Shown here: positions 59,668-64,000 of the stretch, piece after piece
Numbering within the stretch: the stretch's first letter is position 1
Layout: the number at the start of each line of letters is the position of its first letter
Assembly (NCBI GenBank): GCA_963663275.1
Contig: OY760183.1
Coordinates: 2,976,001 to 3,040,000, forward strand
DNA from: Chloroflexota bacterium
GTDB lineage: Bacteria > Chloroflexota > UBA11872 > VXOZ01
Length of the DNA: 64,000 nucleotides
Direction of reading: 5' to 3'
Made by a program: the position numbers and the translations under genes
Notes under the pieces: generated by a model
What the model was told of the DNA's origin: nothing
The model's input: the letters and a program-made list of their open reading frames with translations, nothing else
Databases searched by the model: none

Positions 59668-59997
59668 CTACGGCAGCAGCTTTATCGCCGCCACGATCAG
59701 CCCGCCAACCGCAATCAGCAGAAAGGCGAGCTGGAGTATCAGGTTGTTCATGCGGCGCTCGAGTGTCGCCGCCATGCGCAACTCCAATTCCCGCAAATCG
59801 GCCTTGGTGGCCACGTCGGCCACGTCGCTTCTGGTGGCCATGTCCGCTATGTCGGCCTTGGTTGCCAACGCGCCGTAGCCCTCGCTGCCCACGTCTATCA
59901 AGGCTCGCGCCTGGTGCACAGAGAAGCCGGCGGCCGTTAGCGCTTCAAACGCCTTATGGGTATCGAAAACTGCGATCGAGCGTACTCCCTCGTCCAA
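59668..59997 (-). CDS. DUF1640/CCDC90-like membrane-anchored coiled-coil protein
   Basis: FDTHK...AGFS..QA head, three AT[KR]xD motifs, C-terminal TM. Confidence 0.78.
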   Translation of the reverse strand: MDEGVRSIAVFDTHKAFEALTAAGFSVHQARALIDVGSEGYGALATKADIADMATRSDVADVATKADLRELELRMAATLERRMNNLILQLAFLLIAVGGLIVAAIKLLP

Positions 59998-60006
59998 CAG
60001 TGACTC

Positions 60007-60609
60007 TCATAGCTGGTTCTCATGCGGCGTCAACAAGCGCTCAACGTATTTCGCGAACAGGTCTACTTCCAGATTAACACGAGCGCCCAGCGGCTTGCGC
60101 ATAAGGTTCGTGTGCTCCTGGGTATATTGTACCAGGGAAACGGCGAATGCCCGCGCTTCCACCCCAGATACGGTCAGGCTTACGCCGTCCACGGCAATCG
60201 AGCCCTTTTCAATCAGATAGCGGTGCACCGCCGGCGGCGCGGTAAAGCGCATCACCACCGAATCACCTACCGCCGCCCGTTCGAGAATTGTACCGGCGGC
60301 GTCTACGTGGCCTTGCACCACGTGGCCGCCCAAACGGTCGCTGAGACGCAGGGCGGGTTCCAGGTTCACGACGTCGCCGTCGGCAAGGTCGGGCAAACAC
60401 GTGCGGGAAAGCGTCTCCGGCGTGAGTTGGAAGACAAGCGAGGGCGGCGCAAGCGCGGCCACGGTGAGGCACGCGCCGTTCACGGACACGCTCTCGCCGG
60501 CGCTGACATCGGCGGCAAGTTCCGGCGCGTCAATCGCCAACTCCGCGCCCGCAGGCGTTGCCGCCATGCGCGCCACCGCGCCCAGCGTGGTGATGATGCC
60601 GGTAAACAT
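60007..60609 (-). CDS. ribE: Riboflavin synthase
   Basis: MFTGI, VNGACLT, GGHVVQGHVD, GSIAVDGVSLT. Confidence 0.96.
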   Translation of the reverse strand: MFTGIITTLGAVARMAATPAGAELAIDAPELAADVSAGESVSVNGACLTVAALAPPSLVFQLTPETLSRTCLPDLADGDVVNLEPALRLSDRLGGHVVQGHVDAAGTILERAAVGDSVVMRFTAPPAVHRYLIEKGSIAVDGVSLTVSGVEARAFAVSLVQYTQEHTNLMRKPLGARVNLEVDLFAKYVERLLTPHENQL

Positions 60610-60673
60610 GCCGCTCCCTTCCGCCTTTCTCTTGATTATACCGGCTTGCAACTTCGGTGCGCGCAAGACGCCG

Positions 60674-61777
60674 TTAGCGCGCCGCATCTTCGAAGTAAGC
60701 GGTCAGGAGCACGTCCGGGCCGATGCGTTTGACGGAAGAAAAGTGGAACCGACGGCTGGCGGCGAGCGCCGTGGGACCTGGGTCGGCGAGCAGCGAGGGC
60801 GCGTCATCTCCGCCGACCAAAAGCGGCGCGACGAAGAGCAGGAACTTTTGCACGCAGTTTTCATTCAGGAAAGCCGCGGCCACAGTCGGGCCGCCCTCCA
60901 GCAGCGCCGAACGAACGCCCGCCGCGTGGAGCTTTCCCAAGAATTCCGCCAGGTCTACACGGCCCCCGCGGGACGGCAGCGGCCAAACGGTCGCGCCGCG
61001 GGCGCGATACTGCCGCAGTTGCTCCGCCGGGGCCGCGTCCGTGGTGACGATCGTGGTCTCTCCGGGGAGATCCGGGTCAAGCGCACGCGCGTGCGGCGGC
61101 GTCCTGCCCCGGCTGTCCAGCACGTAGCGCCGGGGATGGCGGACGTCGGGCCGCGCCAGGCGCGTCGTCAAGCGCGGGTCGTCGGCAAGCACCGTGCCCA
61201 CGCCGACGACAATCGCGTCGCTGCGTTCCCGCAGTTCGTGGACGTAGGTAAGCGCCGCTTCACTCGTCAGGTATCTCGGTTCGCCGTCCCGCGCCGCTGC
61301 CTTGCCGTCGGCGCTCATCGCCATCTTCAGCGTGACGAACGGCAGGCCGGTGCGCGCGCTGTAGAGATACGCCTCGTGGCAGCGCCGCGCCCGCGCTTCC
61401 GCCACGCCAACGCTCACCTCGATACCGGCCGCGCGCAGACGCGCCGCGCCCTGCCCATTGACCTGAGGATGCGGATCGAGCACGCCGATGCGTACGCGCC
61501 GCACGCCGGCCGCGATGATGGCGTCCGCGCAGGGCGGCGTGCGTCCATGAAACGCGCAGGGTTCCAGCGTCACGTAGAGGTCGGCGCCGCGAGCGGCCTC
61601 ACCGGCCTGTGCCAGCGCCACCACTTCGGCGTGAGCCTGTCCGGGCGGCTGCGTTGACCCTTCCCCCACAACCTGACCGTCCCGCGCCACCACCGCGCCG
61701 ACGGCGGGATTGGGCGACGTGCGCCCTTGCGCCCGATTTGCAAGTTCGAGAGCGCGAGTCATGTAGTCCATGGGCAC
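60674..61777 (-). CDS. ribD: Riboflavin biosynthesis deaminase/reductase
   Basis: PNPAVG, HAE, LEPC...TPPC, LEGG. Confidence 0.96.
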   Translation of the reverse strand: MPMDYMTRALELANRAQGRTSPNPAVGAVVARDGQVVGEGSTQPPGQAHAEVVALAQAGEAARGADLYVTLEPCAFHGRTPPCADAIIAAGVRRVRIGVLDPHPQVNGQGAARLRAAGIEVSVGVAEARARRCHEAYLYSARTGLPFVTLKMAMSADGKAAARDGEPRYLTSEAALTYVHELRERSDAIVVGVGTVLADDPRLTTRLARPDVRHPRRYVLDSRGRTPPHARALDPDLPGETTIVTTDAAPAEQLRQYRARGATVWPLPSRGGRVDLAEFLGKLHAAGVRSALLEGGPTVAAAFLNENCVQKFLLFVAPLLVGGDDAPSLLADPGPTALAASRRFHFSSVKRIGPDVLLTAYFEDAAR

Positions 61778-61854
61778 CTACAGGGCGCTTGCGTCGGATA
61801 GGGCGAAAAGGAAGATTGCGCTGCGGCAGCGGCCATGAGGCGCATAGACCGCGT

Positions 61855-63012
61855 TCACACCACGGCCAGCGCGCGCAATTGGCTCACGATGCCGGGCAGC
61901 AATTCCAGCACGTGTTCGATCTCGTCCGGCGTATTGCGGTGGCCGACGCTCAGGCGCAGCGCGCCCCGCGCCCGGTGCACGGGCACACCCATCGCTTGCA
62001 GCACGTGCGAAGGCTCCAACGAGGTAGCGGAGCAGGCGGAACCGGCGGAGGCGCAGACGCCGTGCAGGTCGAGATTCAGGAGCACGCTCTCGCCCTCGAC
62101 GTTGGCGAACGTAAAGCTGGCAATGTGCGGCAGGCGCGCGGTGGGATGCCCGGTAGACTCCGCGATCTCGATGCGCTCACAGACGCCCTCCAGCAAGCGG
62201 TCGCGCAGCGCCTGGCAGTGGGCGTTGCGTTCCTCCCGGTGGGCCTGCGCCAGCGTGAGCGCCTTTGCCATGCCAATGGCGTAGGGCACGTTCTCGGTGC
62301 CGGAGCGCCGGTTGCGTTCCTGTCCGCCGCCCTGCACCAGGGGAATGAGCGGCGTGCCCCGCCGGGCGAACAGCGCGCCTACGCCCTTGGGCCCGTAGAA
62401 CTTGTGCGCGGCGATGGACATCAGGTCAATGTCGAGATCTTCCACGTCCAACTCCATGCAGCCGGTCGCTTGCACGGCGTCGGTGTGCGTGACGATGTCC
62501 TCATTCCGTTCCCGCGCCAACGCAATGGCTTCCCGCAGCGGCTCGATCGTGCCGACCTCGTTGTTGGCGATCATCATGCTGAGCAGGATCGTGTCGGGGC
62601 GCACCGCCGCGCGCAGGGCGTCCAAGTCTGCCATGCCGTAGTTGTCCACCGGCAGGTAGGTGACCTCGAATCCTTCCTGCTCCAACCGCTGGCAGGTGTG
62701 CAGCACGGCGTGGTGTTCGATCTGGGTCGTAATAACGTGCCGACCCTCGTCGCGCCGGGCGTACGCCACGCCTTTCAAGGCCAGATTCGCGCCCTCGCTG
62801 CCGCTGCCGGTGAAGACGATCTCGTTGGGGCTGCACAGGAAGACGTCCGCGATGTCCTCCCGCGCCTCTTCCAGCGCCTGCTTGGCCCGCCGCGCGATGC
62901 CGTAGATGCCGGAAGGATTGCCCCACTGCTCCGTGAGAGAGGGGAGCATGGCGTCGAGCACGGCCGGATCCACCGGCGTGGTCGCGGCGTGGTCGAGGAA
63001 GGTTATGTCCAT
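61855..63012 (-). CDS. iscS: Cysteine desulfurase (IscS/NifS class I)
   Basis: LDHAATTP, NNEVG, HTDAVQ, AHKFYGPKG, SAGSAC. Confidence 0.92.
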   Translation of the reverse strand: MDITFLDHAATTPVDPAVLDAMLPSLTEQWGNPSGIYGIARRAKQALEEAREDIADVFLCSPNEIVFTGSGSEGANLALKGVAYARRDEGRHVITTQIEHHAVLHTCQRLEQEGFEVTYLPVDNYGMADLDALRAAVRPDTILLSMMIANNEVGTIEPLREAIALARERNEDIVTHTDAVQATGCMELDVEDLDIDLMSIAAHKFYGPKGVGALFARRGTPLIPLVQGGGQERNRRSGTENVPYAIGMAKALTLAQAHREERNAHCQALRDRLLEGVCERIEIAESTGHPTARLPHIASFTFANVEGESVLLNLDLHGVCASAGSACSATSLEPSHVLQAMGVPVHRARGALRLSVGHRNTPDEIEHVLELLPGIVSQLRALAVV

Positions 63013-63094
63013 CTTTAAGCAGGCTTTCAGTTGCGGCAACGGCGCGACCGCACCGAATTTCCCATCGTGCAGAATGCCCGTCTAGACACTGCGC

Positions 63095-63595
63095 CTAGCC
63101 AAAGGCGCCCTGCAGATAAGCCAGCAGGAGTCCTTGAATTGCCACTATCAGCGTGGCCGCGACTACCACGATACCGCCCAAGCGTATCGTCATGCGGTAT
63201 TCCGATTCGCGCACTTCTGCTTTGGTGGCCATTTCCGCGCGCACAGAGGCTATGTCTTCTTTCGTCGCCATGACTTGGTACACGGCAGCTATGTCATCTT
63301 TGGTTGCCATCTCCGCGCGCATGGCTGTCATCTCCGCGCGCACGGCGGCCAGATCGGCTTTAGTCGCCATCTCCGCGCGCACGGCGGCCAAGTCATCTTT
63401 GGTCACCATCTCCGCGCGCACGGCGGCCAGGTCGGCTTTGGTTGCCATGACTTCGCGAATGGCGGCGAGGTCTGACTTGGTTGCCAAGTCCTCATGCTCT
63501 TCGCCGACCACGTCAACCAGGGCTTCCGCCTGATCTTCCGGAAAACCCGCGCCCTTAAGCGTCTTTACCGCCTTGTAAGTATCCATTCGCGGCAT
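63095..63595 (-). CDS. DUF1640/CCDC90-like coiled-coil protein with tandem 13-aa repeats
   Basis: MDTYK...AGFPEDQAEA head, repeated ATKADLAAVRAEM-type units, C-terminal TM. Confidence 0.8.
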   Translation of the reverse strand: MPRMDTYKAVKTLKGAGFPEDQAEALVDVVGEEHEDLATKSDLAAIREVMATKADLAAVRAEMVTKDDLAAVRAEMATKADLAAVRAEMTAMRAEMATKDDIAAVYQVMATKEDIASVRAEMATKAEVRESEYRMTIRLGGIVVVAATLIVAIQGLLLAYLQGAFG

Positions 63596-63840
63596 CGTTC
63601 GTTGCCATCCCTCCATTCGCGCCACACCGCCCCGCCAGCGGTTAGCCATGCCCCGCACGTGCGGCCACGTGTGTACGATGCGCAACTAGGACAATGCGTA
63701 CTTCGATTATAGTATCCGCCTATGCCGTTGCCAACCCAGAGAGTAGAATCCGAAATTGTCGCAGCGAGCCGTGGGGTCTCTGCCCCCGGATAAGTTGCCA
63801 GCGATTGCCGCCGAACCGGCCGCAGGCAAATCAGGAGGCG

Positions 63841-64000
63841 CTAGATGCCGGCGATGTCCCGCCGCCGGAAGATGAGCACGGCGGCCGCCAGAAAGACGAG
63901 GCTCGCGCCAAGCAGCACGCCGGAATCCTGAAAAGCAAGATCTTCTTTCAGGGTTGCCAGCGGATCGAAGTAGTTGAACGGCCCAACATAGCGGTAATCG
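63841..64000 (-). CDS. 3' end of an ABC-2 type permease (runs off right edge)
   Basis: Manual translation ...GPFNYFDP...LAAAVLIFRRRDIAGI*. Confidence 0.7.
   Translation of the reverse strand, partial: DYRYVGPFNYFDPLATLKEDLAFQDSGVLLGASLVFLAAAVLIFRRRDIAGI

Noticed and set aside
61778-61854. FMN riboswitch upstream of ribD
   Set aside because: Gap is only about 77 bp and lacks the conserved AGGGCGGGGTGAAATTCCC-type core

Overview
A 64 kb window of GC-rich bacterial chromosome, most consistent with a Chloroflexota genome (inference from gene style and repeat content). Core genes include mutS, rho, rnhA, a ribD-ribE-ribBA-ribH operon and a cysteine desulfurase. Accessory genes include three Tat-lipoprotein solute-binding proteins, two signalling modules, an RND permease, ABC exporters, two type II toxin-antitoxin pairs, an orphan amidase+holin pair, an imuB-dnaE2-SRAP mutagenesis cassette, a rhomboid protease with a C-terminal SAF-like domain, and two beta-layer coiled-coil (DUF1640/CCDC90-like) genes. 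Intergenic space is dense with at least five palindromic repeat families. The most striking structure is a nested mobile system. An intact IS4-family element (42017-43210, 11-bp target duplication) sits in the centre of a GTAG-type REP palindrome. Several ~170-190 bp MITEs share its terminal repeats and use the same REP position, and each carries a fresh copy of that REP just inside its right end, so it delivers its own target site. A second ~315 bp multi-hairpin MITE family with GAGACCTTTGCA ends splits imuB from dnaE2 with a 5-bp duplication. No rRNA, tRNA or true CRISPR array was seen. All calls are by eye; no database searches were run.
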